Source: Squalus acanthias (Eukaryota). From it: a stretch of DNA of 64,000 bases. The notes below the pieces were generated by a model. That model did not search any database and was not told the origin of the DNA. It saw only the letters and a list, made by a program, of their open reading frames with translations. Made by a program: the position numbers and the translations under genes. Below are positions 49,401 to 63,690 of the stretch, piece by piece (the stretch's first letter is position 1; the number at the start of each line of letters is the position of its first letter). Location: the NCBI GenBank assembly GCA_030390025.1, contig CM059431.1:114640001-114704000 (forward strand), in the 5' to 3' direction.

Positions 49401-50270
49401 GGAAGTAAGGAGTGGGGAAAGTAATAAAGCTGTAATTTAATCTCAGAGTTAAGATGGCATCACTTTAGCTCTCTGGGTTTGTGATGTCACTTGAACCCCA
49501 AGATACAATTACAGTCTAGTGCACGGCCTGCAATGCCCAGAGTTGCCGATACCATACGTTCAGTGCACTGAGACTCTTAGTTGCTGACGAAGGGGTCTGG
49601 ACTCTATAGGGGTGAGCTTGCTCGGGCCGGGGGGGGGGGGTTTCCTACTCACCCACTGTAACTTGGCGTAATTGTTACAGCGGGAGATCCAGAAGATTCT
49701 CTATGCATGCGTTTAGAGTTTCTCTACAAACAGTGGAAATCTTCCCCTTGTGAACAAGGGAAACAATGACAGCGGTCCCTTCAGAAACTAAATTAAAATG
49801 TGGGGAAAGTAATACAACACATAAAATAACATGTACACAGGAATGATTATTAATATTTGTGCTGTTGCTCGCTTTTTGTGCATGTTTTGGATATGTTTCA
49901 ATGGTGGTGGAACACATATATAGTCACATGCAACACTAACGAAGAACACAATTTCCTGACTATTTTTGCCGTGATTTCCTCCTCCCTCTTGAAGACAGTA
50001 GGGTCAATTTTGTGAGGGCCTGCATGTAGCCAGCACACACTGGAAAATGCAAGTGATATTGTGCTTTAGATCCACGGGTACTGCCTTCCCAATACAAACC
50101 TGTTAAGACCAACTAACTCAGGACAGACCTGGAATCAAAGCCTACGAGGCTCCAGGTCTCTCTGATTGAGTATCACATCACACAGTGAATTTTCCCATTG
50201 AGCCATTAGGGGAGTTATTCTGCAGCCTATTAAACGATGTAACCACAACAGCCTACGTATTAAAGTTATA

Positions 50271-51200
50271 TAAGAAATAGGAGCAGGAATAGGCCACTTG
50301 GGCCTCTCGAGCCTGCTTCGCCATTCAATAAGATGATGGCTGATCTTGGGCTCAAAACCACTTCCCTGCCCGCTCCTCATAACCCTTTCACTCCCTTATC
50401 TTGCAAAAATCTGTCTATCTCCACCTTAAATGTATTTAATGACCCAGCCTCCACAGCTCTCTGGGGCAGAGAATTCCACAGATTTACGACCCTCAGAAGA
50501 AATTCCTCCTCATCTCAGTTCTAAAAGGGCGACCTTTATTCTGAAACTATGCCCCCGAGTTCTAGATTTCCCCACGAGGGGAAACATCCTCTCTGCATTA
50601 CCTTGTCGAGCCCCCTCAGTATCTTAAATGTTTCAATAAGATCACCTCTCATTCTTCTACATTCCAATGAGTATAGGCCCAACCTGCTCAACCTTCCCTC
50701 ATAAGTCAACCCCCTCATCTCTGGAATTAATCTAGTGAATCGTCTCTGAACTGCCTCCAATGCAAGTATATCCTTAAATAAGGAGACCAAAACTGTACAC
50801 AGTACTAATTTTGTGGTCTCACCAATACCCTGTACAGTTGTAGCAGGACTTCCCTGCTTTTATACTCCAACCCCCTTGAAATAAAGGCCAACATTTCATT
50901 TGCCTTTTTGATTACTTGCCATACCTGCATGCTAACTTTTTGTGTTTCATGTACAGGGACCCCCAGGTCCCTCTGAACTGCAGCATTTTGTAATCTCTCT
51001 CCATTTAAATAATAATTTGCTTTTTTATTCTTCCTGCCAAAGTGGATAACCTCGCACTTTCCCACATTATACTCCATCTGCCAAATGTTTGCCCACTCGC
51101 TTAGCCTGTCTATATCCTTTTGCAGATTCTTTGAGTCCTCTGCCCAACTTGCTTTCCCACCCGTCTTTGTATCATCCGCAAACTTGGCTACATTACACTC
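50271..51200 (-). mobile_element. CR1/HER1-like LINE, 5'-truncated
   Basis: AKFADDTK, WQMEYNVGKCEVIHFG, ALEAVQRRFTRLIP, RGDLIETFKIL. Confidence 0.92.
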
Positions 51201-53932
51201 TAGAGTTACCATTTTATTTTCTCTCAATCAAAAACATCAGCTTGTTCAGCTATTGTTTATACTAACCCTTAGACCAGCACCTAGTCTCTTCAGGAGCCCT
51301 TCCTCTGCACTATTATTGGTAAGTAATGCTGTTGTTTCGCCTTTTGACACAATCGCTTAAACTATTTCTTTCTCTAATTGCTGTAGCGCATGTGGCACTG
51401 GTTCGAATATTCTGTTGGTTTGATCTGAAATGCTAAAATCAGGGAGGATCTTCTGAAGTTCCGCCTGTTTTCTGGTGCAAATCGGGCGGGAGGGGATAAT
51501 TGGGCATTGTCCCACCCAGCCTATTTATTGGCCCACCTCGATCTTCCAGCATCAGTGTCCACCCAAAAGGGAATGGCGTCAGAGGTCATCTATTCCCTCA
51601 TTACCCTGGCCTATCTCATTACCATCACCGTATTTAGCTATGGCCATATGGAATGCCTGGATGCACTGAGCACCCAGTGATGCCATGGGCATCAGAGGCC
51701 TTTTATGAATTAAAAAGACCCGCCACACAGATCACAACTGCTGGGATTTCTCCCTCCCACAGCAGGCTCTCTGGCAGAAGCCGAAATCCGAACATAAGCT
51801 CAAAAAAACATTAAATTAGGCTGATCTGGGAAAATTCACTGGGTTCGCAGGAACACCTACTGCATGAGCAGAAGTCCCACTCTGCCATGTTTACAGCTTA
51901 CACAGAGCAAAATCTCCATAAATCTCATGTTTGGCTATATAAAAAACATTTTTTAAACTTAGCTGAGCCAAACTGTGCAAAAGCTTTGTGTGATTTGTCT
52001 TTTAAAGCCATCAAAATTTGAATTTGTGCTGATTTCTTGCCTGGCTTTGTACTTATCCAATTCTTTGGGGGAATTGGGTCTGTTACTTGAGTTAGCTGTT
52101 CATGAAATAGTGAGCAGCTGTGAAATGTAGTTGGTTGCATATTAAAAGAGGACAGCAGTATGAGCTTACCCAGGTTTATGCTATCCTGCAGGCATTTTGT
52201 TCAAACCGATTATTTAGTTTATGCCAGTGAAAGGATTAATGAAGGTACCACCATTTGTAATTAAGTCCTACTTAATTTTCATCTGAAGTGCAAAAAGATG
52301 TTTTGCAGCCATGATTTGTGATAATTATATACGATCTGGATAGAACTAACAATGGCACACGCTGCCTTGTATTCTATGATGAACAAATTATTTCTAAACA
52401 TGTATTGCAAAGTGTATTGTACGTATGAACCTTGTGCTTGCCTGTCTGTTTCTATCACTGTGGCAAAATTGAACCATGTTTCACTCTGCAATTCGTGTAA
52501 CAAGCATACAGAAATCAAACCCCATAATATCACTATTTCCATCAAAATACTGAATTCGGCACTTGTGTAATATGAAGCTGCTTTTCATCATCTAACATCT
52601 ACAAGAGAAGTACCTAAATCATGCTGCACTGGACCATGATGAAGGAAGAGAATAAAGAATGTGACATGGTAATGTTTACAGCAGAACCACAAAAATACAA
52701 ACACTTCGGGACTAGGAAGTGCTCCTGTGTTTGAAATGTCTGTAACTTGGAGACTGCAATTTTGCGAATGATTAAAAATGTATTTAGCTTTTAAATTGTT
52801 TTATTATGGGCAGTATAGGTATTATTCATTTTGCTATGCACATTGCTGCAATGTGCATTTATTGCAGGATAGTGCCTGACAATGGAAAATGGTATAAGGT
52901 GTACAGAACTGTGCTAAATTAATGAACACAATGCATTCAGCTGATAATTCATCACATAACTTTGAGGCTATACCTGAAGTTAAATGCAGATATCACAACA
53001 AAAGGCCAGAGTGAATGATCCAGCTGGATTGTGCTCAAACTGGAGAATCTCGATAGGTCACAGAGGAGTTTCAGTCATACTAAAATATGGATAAATTACA
53101 TTCCCAGTCTCTCATTCTCCTTCAGCCTGCAAAGTGAGCGATTGAGACACCAATAGTGGGACTAGCAGAAGTGTAGGCAAGGCAGAAGCCTGGGACACAA
53201 AAGGAAATTACTGATTTGAAGAAATAATATAAAAATAGCAGTTCCATAAAAACTGAGATTTTCTTTAACAGCACGACTAGGCAAGAGGGGCAAACTGACA
53301 AAATTAGGGTATGTGAGAGGAGGTTGAAGAGATAAATAGTAAATTAAACAGACAGCTGAACACATTCAGTAAGTAAAAATGACATACTCCAGTTTAAAAC
53401 CCGCTGCAGTTAAGTAGCAATTTATGTATTGATATGGTCAGAATCCTTTTACATTAATTTGAGGTAAATATTTTTGTTCCAGTTTGGTTTATGTTGACAA
53501 AGGGGCATTCTGAAATTGGTTTAAATTGTAACTTTGTTTTGTTCTAACTTACCATATTTATCACATTATGCTCTACACCATAACATCGCTCTCTCTCTCT
53601 CTCTGCTCCCTTTCCAAGTAGCAACAAAAAGGAAAGGTTTGTAAAAACTTTTCTATGAAGACAATGTCCCTTTAAACCGAAATCCTGATTTGTTTGTTTG
53701 TGGCGATCTGATAAAAAAAACGTAAATCCTAAACATGCACAAACAAGTCTAACTAACGGCAGATGCCATTAGAGGCCCTGCTACAGCAAAATCTGGGTCA
53801 AAGCCACTTTTAAAAGTATCTCAGCAATTAATGGAGCGGCCTGGGCAATATTTTATAAATTTAAGCAGGGATTTTATATGTCGTGAGACTATGGACACTC
53901 TCTCCCACACTCAAAATATATATTTTTTTAAA

Positions 53933-53934
<2 letters not shown>

Positions 53935-53989
<55 letters not shown>

Positions 53990-54011
53990 AGTGAGAGAGA
54001 GAGAGAGAGAG
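53935..54011. repeat. Compound (GT)n(GA)n microsatellite
   Basis: Direct reading. Confidence 0.95.
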
Positions 54012-54906
54012 ATAAGCATGCATTTACAATGCTTATTCCAGCAGAGCTCAGTGGGACTCAGGCTGGTAAGTGTGAGTTAATAGCCGCCTGAGTTTTTTTA
54101 ATATGTTTTACTTCCATTATTTTTAAATTTTTAATTATTTGTACTTTTGTGTGGTTACATTGTGACTGTTCAGCTGCTATTTAAGGAAACCAAAGTAGAG
54201 CATTAGCCACAAAATGTATTATAAGAAGTGGTCCTTAAATAAACTGAAATATTTACTACAATGTAAACGTATCCTGTTTTTAGTCAGGGGATTATCTAAC
54301 AATCTATGCAGCCTGAGATATTTAATCTGAGCGAGAGATTCATTTCCCTGCACTTTTTGAAAAAACAAACCTCAAATGTATTCTGCAGAATCAGCCTTTA
54401 TCATTTTAACCACAAAATGCTCAGGATTTATGTTTAAAGGGACAGTGCCTTTATGGAAAAGTTTTTACAAACCTTTCCTTTCTTTACTGCTACTATGAAA
54501 GGGAGAACAGAAAAAGCTATGCATCGTTTTCATTACAGTGCAAATAAGCGAAGATATATTTCAACATTATTCATATCCATGTATTGTATCTTTGAAAACA
54601 AAGGACGAAAGTGTGCCAAACACAGGTGCTGCAGTTGCCCTCAGTGTCCCTGAAGTAGGGAGAGGCAAACTAGATAGCCAGGATTTCCCTTCTTAATTGT
54701 TATCCAGTGACCCCCTGGTGGATAACACAAGTGTGGCTGTTGGGTGTGAAAAGGATCAGGCCTCAGCTGTGGTTGACAGTGAAATAGCGTGCCAATATTT
54801 ATTGTCTAGGTTAACACATGAAGGATGGGCACTTGGCCGACGTATATGGAAGGGTGGCCTTGCCTGTGGCACTGCACTGCAGCAGGACCGGTCTTCAAGA
54901 GAGTGT

Positions 54907-54939
<33 letters not shown>

Positions 54940-55190
54940 GGGGGAAGGAAATTGGTCGGAAGAGAGAAAACTCCCTTGATTAAGTAAAAGTCTATTTACA
55001 AATAAAGCTTATTCATCTGGTCAATATATGCTGCAAGCAGCCCCAATTCATCTGCTATTATCTTCAGATTCTTTCCATCCAATACCCTAACAACCCCAAA
55101 AGCCTGTCCAATTCTTTCTAAAAGACTTCGTATTGAGCTCCTTTATCACGGCTTGTGATATCTAGAGTTAAATGTTCATCTTCACAGCGT

Positions 55191-55293
55191 GGGTGATAAT
55201 CTGGAGATGCAGACCACCTGCCCATTATAGAACCTGTCCAAAGCAGGCAGGTTATAGTTCAGGCAGGCAATCTACTTCACCAGATTACCACCC
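55191..55293. mobile_element. ~100-bp palindromic MITE remnant
   Basis: gggtgataatctgg ... ccagattaccaccc. Confidence 0.55.
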
Positions 55294-57186
55294 ATACAGG
55301 TAAAATCAAAATTGACCCCCTTGACTTCCAGAACCACAGAGATTTTTGTAACAATTCATATCGTTAGCATTTTGAAGAAAATTCAACGTAGAAAAAAATG
55401 AACACAATACTCTCTGTAATTATTAACTTTCATCCTTGTTTACTTTCTATTCCATTAATTCATGGAAAATATAAAGACACTTGAAAAATGTTTGCAATTT
55501 TCAAAGCAAAAGGGAATAAAAAGTCCTGCTTTTTAGTAAAATTAGTTCAGAGTCCAAATAAATGTATGCTTGATCCAATACAAAGATATAATGCAAGTTA
55601 TAACAAGCCATACACCATTTATTCTCAATATATAGAATTCTTGATCCAGGCACAACATAAAATGCACAATCCTGATTTAAGCAGAAATTGCCCTCCTCCT
55701 AATTACCAATGTCTTCATTGCTCGGCACACTGAATATCGTCAGCCCAGCAGATGTCAGTCATCACTTGTCCACTAATAATGTCTACCAAAGATCAGATTT
55801 GGGATAATAAAGTATTTTAATTTAAATTCTACTGCAGCATGACTGATTAAACGAATATTGCCAATTGGTCCTTTTTAAAAAAAAAGATAAATTAATTTTT
55901 TAAGCGGCCTACAGAATTCCTGATCCAAGCAATTGCATTCCTTTGCAAGCTTGCTATTTAACAGGATATAAATATAGTTTTACACAATGTTTACAAGCTC
56001 CAAGGAATGTAGAAGAGAAACACATCTTTACTAGCCAAATGCACATGGGGTTAGATTCTGAAGCATATAATTTTGTTCCTTGTTATTACCCATTCTAGTC
56101 ATTAACACTAACCATTTTGGTTGCACCTTTAGTTACAAATTGTGCTTTAATGTTTGGGTCCTAACATCACAGTGCTCCTCTTATTGTTAGGTGGCCTATT
56201 CATTGATAATGACTTAACAATGAGGTTATAAACAATTATTGATAAAGAATTATTGCATTATTTCACATTTTAAAGATGGAGAGAAATGAACACAAAAATA
56301 ACTTTACAGAGATGTTAGCTACCATTTCTAGGGGGCTTTTTCAGAATTTCACTCATGAATGCCTTTCTCCACCAACCGTAATTCACTTCAGTACAGAGTT
56401 GATGGAGTAGCCGGTTGTCCTGAAAGAAGATGGGTGAATTTCACTAAAGTGCAGAAAGAAAATATAAGATGTTAAATTAATCATGTACCAGCCTAAGTCT
56501 TCCATTCTTCTTGAGACACTCAAGATCATATAAAATATTCAGGGGCGACTTTGGGTAGCCATGGGGCTAAAGCACGGAAAGCTTACGAAAGCTGTTTGAG
56601 TGAACAAAGTAAATGTGGTCTCTCACAACAGCAAAGACATGCGCATTAACAGAGTAACAGGAATATAGCATCAGTGCAATGAATACAAACAGCATGATGC
56701 CCTTTTAAAGATAGCATATATCGTTATCTCCTGCAGACACATATTACTTCAGCCCAAATGAATCAGTGAAAGAAACTGCACATCCACACTGAGTTGAAGT
56801 TTTTCAGCTACCATTTGATCTACTTACAGAACTTTTTTCTATTCATGCACCAAGAGTTGGCACAGACATCGTGACAGCCCTCTTTAGAGTGCAGCACTAC
56901 TTCAAACATGCTGACATTGTGAGCAATTATTTAAAACAATCTCTGGTACAAATGCCAGAACAAATCCAGGTTTGCTGTGTTGGATAGTTTGTCTGTGACT
57001 GTTGGTCATTTATTATTACATTTGTGTAAGTGAATGATTTTTTCACCCCCATTTTTGTTAGTATTTTGGTGTTATTTATAAGACGACTTTGGAGTACAGC
57101 ATCTGAGCATAATTGCGAATTATTCCTCTTTCCTTTCATTTTTCCCACTTTTCTCCCATCCCCACACTGTTCCCTTCCCAAAGGTC

Positions 57187-57302
57187 TGCTCCCAGTGAAG
57201 AGACTCGAGGTGTTCGGCACCTTCCCGGATGCTTCTCCTCCACTTTGTGCAGTTTTGGGCCAGGGATTCCCAGGTGTCAGTGGGGATGTTGCACTTTTTC
57301 AA
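57187..57302 (-). repeat. 116-bp internal RTE fragment duplicating 59201-59316
   Basis: 115/116 identity by direct comparison. Confidence 0.9.
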
Positions 57303-59003
57303 AGGGAACGGTGTTAATGCACCCTGGCTTCTGCCAACCCTGCTACAATCACCTGCGAGGAGTTACACACAGTCGTCATGGTGACTCATTGTTTGGTTTG
57401 CCCGCTTCACCCAACAAAATGCCCGACCTGTGTTTTCCATCTTCCAGCCATAGATCGGTCAAGAATGGGAATTAGGACCCTGATCTGTGGGCAACTGTAG
57501 GAAAGAGCCTGTGCCCTACCACGCTCCTTGCTAAACCAATGATATTGATGAAATTAGTTATAACTTTCAAAATTATTTAACAAATTAAAAACTTCCCAAT
57601 AACTTAACATTATCGTCCTTTTCTATTAAGCAAATAAACTGATTAAGCATTTTATTCGCTGGTCAATACATACCAGGATTTCAAAATACATAATTAAGAA
57701 TTCCAGTTGTGCTTCCCTACATTACAACAGTGATCATGTTTCAAAATGACTTAATTTTCTGTGAAGCGCTTTGGGATATTCTGAGGATATGCTACATAAA
57801 TGCAAGGTGTTTTCTTTTTAACACTTCCAAGCGCCAACTCTATTGAGTGCCACCAGGCCCCAGACCATTCACTCTCGAATCCTGATAAGAACCAAAGGCC
57901 ATCCACTCTATCCTCATCCCCACCTTCTCGCCCACCACAGCTGACACTTACTCCATCCCATGCACCAATCCCAGTTCACTCACTTCCTCCCATCCTCCGT
58001 CCACAGCACCAATGCCCTCACTTCTCTTTCGCCTGCATTTATTGATCCAGCTTCCAAAACATCCTGTCCCACTTGAGCCGAAGAACCACCTCCAACCCAG
58101 TACATTTTGGCTGCCATCTTGCTGTATACCCTGGACTTTTACAAAGGCAAGAGGTAGGAATTCAGTACAACAATCAGGAACTTGTGTGAGCAGGCAGAGA
58201 GAAGGAGAAACTCTCCAAAAAAAGTGATAGTCAGAGAGAGAGAGATGGACAACACTTTAAACAAGTGTGAGCCAGAAAGATACCATATCCTTCAACTCCC
58301 TGTAAGCAATACCATAGGACATCGACTAGTATTTTATTAATATTGCATTATAATAATCAAGCTACTACATCCCAGTCGTATTACTATTATAATATTGGGC
58401 GTGTTTTTAAACCATATAGTATGTGAGCTGAAATGTTTAAAATTATAGTTGGCACAGAAAACACACAATTCCCAGAATTGCCAGGCCTGTTAAGGGTTCA
58501 TTTTAATGAAATGTTCCAGATTTTTAATTTTAATTAGTTTTATTCTGGCAAATTATAGAAACAATAGAAATCATGTAATTTATACAAAAGAGTGTGTGTA
58601 ATTTTGACTGTAACTGTAGCAAGAATTTTAAAGTATAAAATCATTCAGCTATCAGACGTGAACACTATGAATGTAGCATAAAAATGTTTTATTATCCCTT
58701 TTTTTTAATGAAAATATTCACCAATCAAGTGTTCACGTAGGTAGACACATTACAATTCTTGGGATTTTTCAGTATCAACTAGTTAAAGAAATGCAGTGCG
58801 TAATCTAAAAGTGCACACCTTCTGTTAAATCACTTCCTTCAGCAATAGCCAATGTATTCTCATGGCCAGCAATGAAAGCAACTGAGAACTTAACAGAAAA
58901 CCAGTTTCAATACAATTATTGTACAACATCCTGTTTATATTCACCTCCAGTTCCGAAGACCTCCTTGGCATTATACTTCCCTTTAGTATCATTGAATTTG
59001 CAT

Positions 59004-59620
59004 TTCTTCTTCTTAGGCAGCCCCTCGGGACTGAGGATGACTTGCTTCCACACTAAAAATGAGTTCTCAGGTGACTGAGGAGTCCAATGCGGGACCTACA
59101 GTCTCTGTCACAGGTGGGGCAGACAGTGGTTGAAGGGGCGGGTGGGTCGGGTGCTTGGGTTGACGTGCGCTCCTTCCACTGTTTGCGCTTGGCTTCCGCT
59201 TGCTCCCAGTGAAGAGACTCGAGGTGTTCGGCACCTTCCCGGATGCTTCTCCTCCACTTTGTGCAGTTTTGGGCCAGGGATTCCCAGGTGTCAGTGGGAA
59301 TGTTGCACTTTTTCAAGGAGGCTTTGAGGGTGTCCTTGAAGCGTTTCCTCTGCCCACCTCGGGCTCTCTTGCCATGTTGGAGCTCCGAGTAGAGCGCTTG
59401 TCTTGGGAGTCTCGTATCGGGCATGAGGATGATGTGGCCCGTCCATCAGAGCTGATTGAGCGTGGTCAAAGCTTCGATGCTGGGGACGTTGGTGCGCCTA
59501 TCCTGCCAATGGATTTGCAGGATCTTGCGGAGGCAGCGTTGGTGGTACCTCTCCAGTGCTTTGAGGTGCCTGCTGTACATGGTCCATGTCTCTGAAGCAT
59601 ACAGGAGGGCAGGTATCACT
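59004..59620 (-). mobile_element. RTE-clade LINE 3' end
   Basis: LLYASETWT, RLPRQALYSEL, GGQRKRFKDTLK, C-terminal CPTC...H..H; (gaa)n tail. Confidence 0.92.
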
Positions 59621-59834
59621 ATGGCAATCAGAGAGATGTCCACTGCACGGACTGTAATTTTCTGCAAGGAAGAATCCACCGTATTATTGCAGCCAATTTC
59701 TGTACCTGAAGAAAAATGTGTTTTCTCCAATAGCATTAACACATAAAACGCTCATCATTGGCACTGGGTAGTACAGTGAGTTCGGACATTACTTTTGCTT
59801 TTAGAATGAGGCCTCAAAAGTAGTTCAAACAGAT

Positions 59835-60235
59835 AAGAAAGAAAGAATTGCATTTATTTAGCACCTTTTAGGCCCTCAGGGCACCCCAAAGTGCTTCACA
59901 GCCAATTCATTATTTTTTGTTGTACAGTTATTGTAGGCAAACACAGCAGCCAATTTGCACACAGCAAGGTTCCGCAAACAGCATTGAGATAAATGACCAG
60001 TCAGTCTTTTTTTGATGGTGTTGGTTGAGGAATGAATGTCTGCTAGGGCACCTCCCCATTCTGGAAGTAGCGCTATTTGGATATTTTACATCCACGCAAG
60101 CAGGCACACAGGGTTTTAATGTCTCTTCCAACAAGCCAGACCTCCACTGAAGTGCTCAAGTCCTGCAGATGAGGCTTGAACCCACAACCTTTCAACTCAG
60201 AGGTGACAGTGCCACTCCTGACCCAAGCTGTCACA
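59835..60235 (-). mobile_element. Old DeuSINE
   Basis: Reverse-complement similarity to 7047-7508. Confidence 0.7.
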
Positions 60236-60358
60236 TATAGAATGAAAGTCCTATCAGGCTGCTGGCTGTAGGAGCACCCATCAACTCTCCCGCATTAGAA
60301 ATCGTGATCCGTCATTTTGATGTATCCTATTTTGATTCATGATCTTGTTAAATAAAAA

Positions 60359-60860
60359 TGAGAAGTCGCACAACACCAGGTTATAGTCCAACAGATTTAT
60401 TTAATTTTACAAGCTTTCGGAGCTGTCGCTCCTTCCTCAGGTAAGTTAGCAGTGAGAGAATCTCCCAGAATTCACAATTTAAACACAGACAAAATCTATT
60501 CAAATATTTCCCTACATCAAAGACACACTAAGAGCACAGCCAAGACAATGAGCTGTGTCCCAGGGGGTCCAACGTGTCAAACCACCTGCTGGCTGCATAT
60601 CCTGTCAATTTGTGTTGGTTCTTGTGTTAGTCTTTTTTTAAAAAAAACACCTGGGAAGACCGGCCATGATGTCAAGTCATGTTCTGTATCGTGACATGAA
60701 CCCGATATCGCGATTGAGGCCATCCTCATGAGTGCGGAACTTGGCTATCAGTTTCTGCTCTATGATTTTGCGCTGTCGTGTATCCCGAAGGCCGCCCTGG
60801 AGAACGCTTACCCGCAGATCCGAGGCTGAATGCCCCTGGCGGCCTTCGGGATACACGACA
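60359..60860 (-). mobile_element. Penelope-like element 3' fragment (GIY-YIG C-terminus, 3' UTR, hammerhead-like terminus)
   Basis: HSASDLRVSVLQGGLRDTRQRKIIEQKLIAKFRTHEDGLNRD; terminus CTGAGGA-a-ggagc..gctcc-GAAA-gctt on - strand at ~60408-60445. Confidence 0.8.
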
Positions 60861-61289
60861 TCATCTATGTTCTGCACTGATATTGGTTTCCTATTTTTGA
60901 GGTATTCAATACTTTTCTGTGATGTCGTCATGACATTCATAAAATGACTAAATAACGAATCCATCAATTCTCAAAGTGATCTGTGGGTGCACCCTTACCG
61001 GTAGAACTGAATTGAACTAAACATGAATTTCTGGCGATTCTTTGGGACATTACAAACACATTCTGAATTCTTCAGATCACCCCCTGTAAAGTGACTCCCA
61101 TCATAAGGTTACAGTAAAATCCTACAAATCACAACCTTTCAAATAGAGTTCTTAAAAAGATGCATGGAGCAGTGACTTATACATTGAATTTTACAGCAGC
61201 ATTCAGTGATGTGACCAGAATCAGAATGTCATTTCACTTTTTATTGTTCAGTAATGGAATAAGTTTCCTCAGTCTGCATACATAAAACG

Positions 61290-62045
61290 GAAATAAAAAC
61301 TGCAAATGCTTAATCGGAAATAAAAACATGAAATATTGCAAATATATAGATGATTGATCAGTGTCTGAAGAGAAAAAGATAGGTTAACATTTCTGTTAGC
61401 TGCTCTTCATTGGAACTAAAAGAACGAGTGACCTAAACAGAAAAGGGGGCAGGGGAACTGGCAAAGGCCTGAAGTTGCTGCAGTCAATGTTTAGGTCAGA
61501 GGGCTAGAGAAAACCCCTGGAGGAAGATGGGATCGGAGTAGGAATGGAAAGGGGGGAGCTGAAATATCAAGCCACAGGGAAGTCAGGATCATGCAGACAG
61601 CTGTTCAGACAGAAGGGAAATGTTCATCAGTCACCCAATCAGTTTCCCAATACAGAGGGGACTAGCCTGAGAGCAGTAAATAGAGGAAGATTAGATTAGA
61701 GGAAGTATATGTAAATCACTGTCTCACAGAGAGACAGAGTATTTGGGGCCACAGACAATGGTGGTGGTACGAACCAAATGTGCTGCACCTGCAATGGTAG
61801 TAAATGCCTGGGAGGAGTGGACAAAGATGCCACTAGTTGATGGTCCTTCTGGCAAGCAGAGAAAGGAGGGACATGGAGGATAAGAAGTGTTTGGTGCAGG
61901 GGTTGTTATTGATGGTGAAAATGGTGGAAGATGATTGTCAGATACAAACACTGGTGGTTTGGAAAAATGAGGACAAGAGGGATCCTATCATTGTTGTGAC
62001 GGGAGAGAGTGAAGGTGTGGGAAATGAAGATGCCGTCAGATGAGG
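61290..62045 (-). mobile_element. Old Penelope-like remnant
   Basis: Degenerate terminus (gagaaaaagataggttaacatttc) and purine-rich antisense body resembling shark Penelope. Confidence 0.4.
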
Positions 62046-62374
62046 GAAACGTCATTTCTTAAAAAGCCTATCCTTGAATCTTGCACCCTCTTCAATTACT
62101 GCCACACCTCCAATTTCCTTTCCTTTCTCAAGGTTCTGAAATGAGTCGCCACCTCCTAACTATGTGACCACTACTACATGATGGAATGCCTTCAGTCTGC
62201 GATTCATCCCATTAACTACTGAGACCGCCTTCATCAGTCACCAACATTCTGTCTGACTGTGACCATGGACTTTAACCCTATTTACCCTCCTTGACCTTTC
62301 TGTGGTTACCACCATGGTCAATCAGTCTACTGCCTCTCCTGATTGACTGATCACTTTGACAAACATCTTCATTC

Positions 62375-62560
62375 CATCCACAAGCATGATCCTGACATCT
62401 CGGTGGCTACGCATTTCAACTCTCCCTCCCATTCTGGACTTTTTCATCGTTGGCCTTCCATACTGTTCAGGTTCAGTGAAACTTCAAGAGCATGATATCA
62501 TCTTCCTCGTGAGTATTATGCAGTTCTATGATTTGAACACTACATTTGGAAAGTTCAGCC
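62375..62560 (+). mobile_element. Penelope GIY-YIG remnant
   Basis: HKHDPDISVATHFNSPSHS...KLQEHDIIF. Confidence 0.6.
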
Positions 62561-62709
62561 CTTAGCTATCACTGCTAGTTTCATGCTAGTCTCTCCCATT
62601 TACATTCTGCTTTGCTCCAGTCTGCCTTATTAAGCTTTTGTTTTTCTAATGCCTTTTCACAGCCTGACTGAGAAGACCGTTGTACATCATCCAAGTAAAA
62701 AGCAATCTG

Positions 62710-62812
62710 AACCAAAAACGGAAAATGCTGCAAACACACAGCAGGTCAGTCAGCATCTGTGGAGAGAACAGACAAGCTGATGTTTCAGGCACAGAGCCTT
62801 CCTCAGAACTGG
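62710..62812 (-). mobile_element. Penelope terminal repeat fragment
   Basis: cagcaggtcagtcagcatctgtggagagaacag...tgtttcagg...ccttcctcagaac, same family as 1170-1229. Confidence 0.6.
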
Positions 62813-63204
62813 AACATAAGAATTGACAAGCATATTAATACAATCAGAAAAAAGGAAATGTGGGTGGGGGAGGAATATATCAAAAAAAAGAAAAACCCAG
62901 AAAGCAAGCATGAGTGGAATGATCAACTCAGTTATGTAATGGATAGAAATATTAACACATTAAAGAAAAAAAGGATGTGTAAATAGATAAGGCCTAGATT
63001 ATGGGACATGTTTTCTGTTTCTTTATGTGTACTATTTAATTTGAAGACATTGTGTACATCTCAAGACAATAAATGGTTTCCTTGATTTATCCTGGAGAGG
63101 TGAGCTTCTCTGTCATATTATTGACATGGGGTAGTTTGGAGTGGTTTTCATTGTGGCAGAAGGTAAGGAACAACAGAAATATCAAAGTTGCTTGCAGCAC
63201 TAAC

Positions 63205-63690
63205 TCCATAAACTTAAGCTCATCCAAGACTCAGCTGCCCGTATCCTAACTTGTGCACAAGTCCCGTTCACCCATCACCCCTGTGCTCGCTGACCTACAT
63301 TGGCTCCCGGTTGAGCAACACCAGATTTTAAAATTCTCATCCTGGTTTTCAAATCCCTCCATGGTCTCACCCCTCCCTACCTCTGTAATCTCCTCCAACC
63401 TACAACCCTCCGAGATATCTGCGCATCCCCAATTTTAAATCGCTCCACCATTGGCGACCGTGCTTTCAGCTGCCAAGGCCCTAAGCTCCGCAATTCCCTC
63501 CCTAAACTTTTCCGCCTCTCTACCTCTCTTTCCTCCTTTAAGGCGCGTCTTAAAAGCTATCTTTTCGACCAAGCTTTTGGCCATCTGCCAGACCATCTCA
63601 TGTGGCTCGGTATCAAATTTTGTTTGATAACGCTGTGTGTGAAGCACTGTGGGACATTTTACTACGTTAAAGGTGCTATATAAAAGCAAA
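63205..63690 (+). mobile_element. L2-clade LINE 3' end
   Basis: SRSPITPVLADLHWLPV; tail tgtgaagcactgtgggac...ggtgctatataaa resembling the DeuSINE tail. Confidence 0.85.

Noticed and set aside
56324..56418. Possible - strand exon after a strong acceptor (cttctttcag|GACAACCGG)
   Set aside because: Weak donor, unrecognised peptide, no partner exons found
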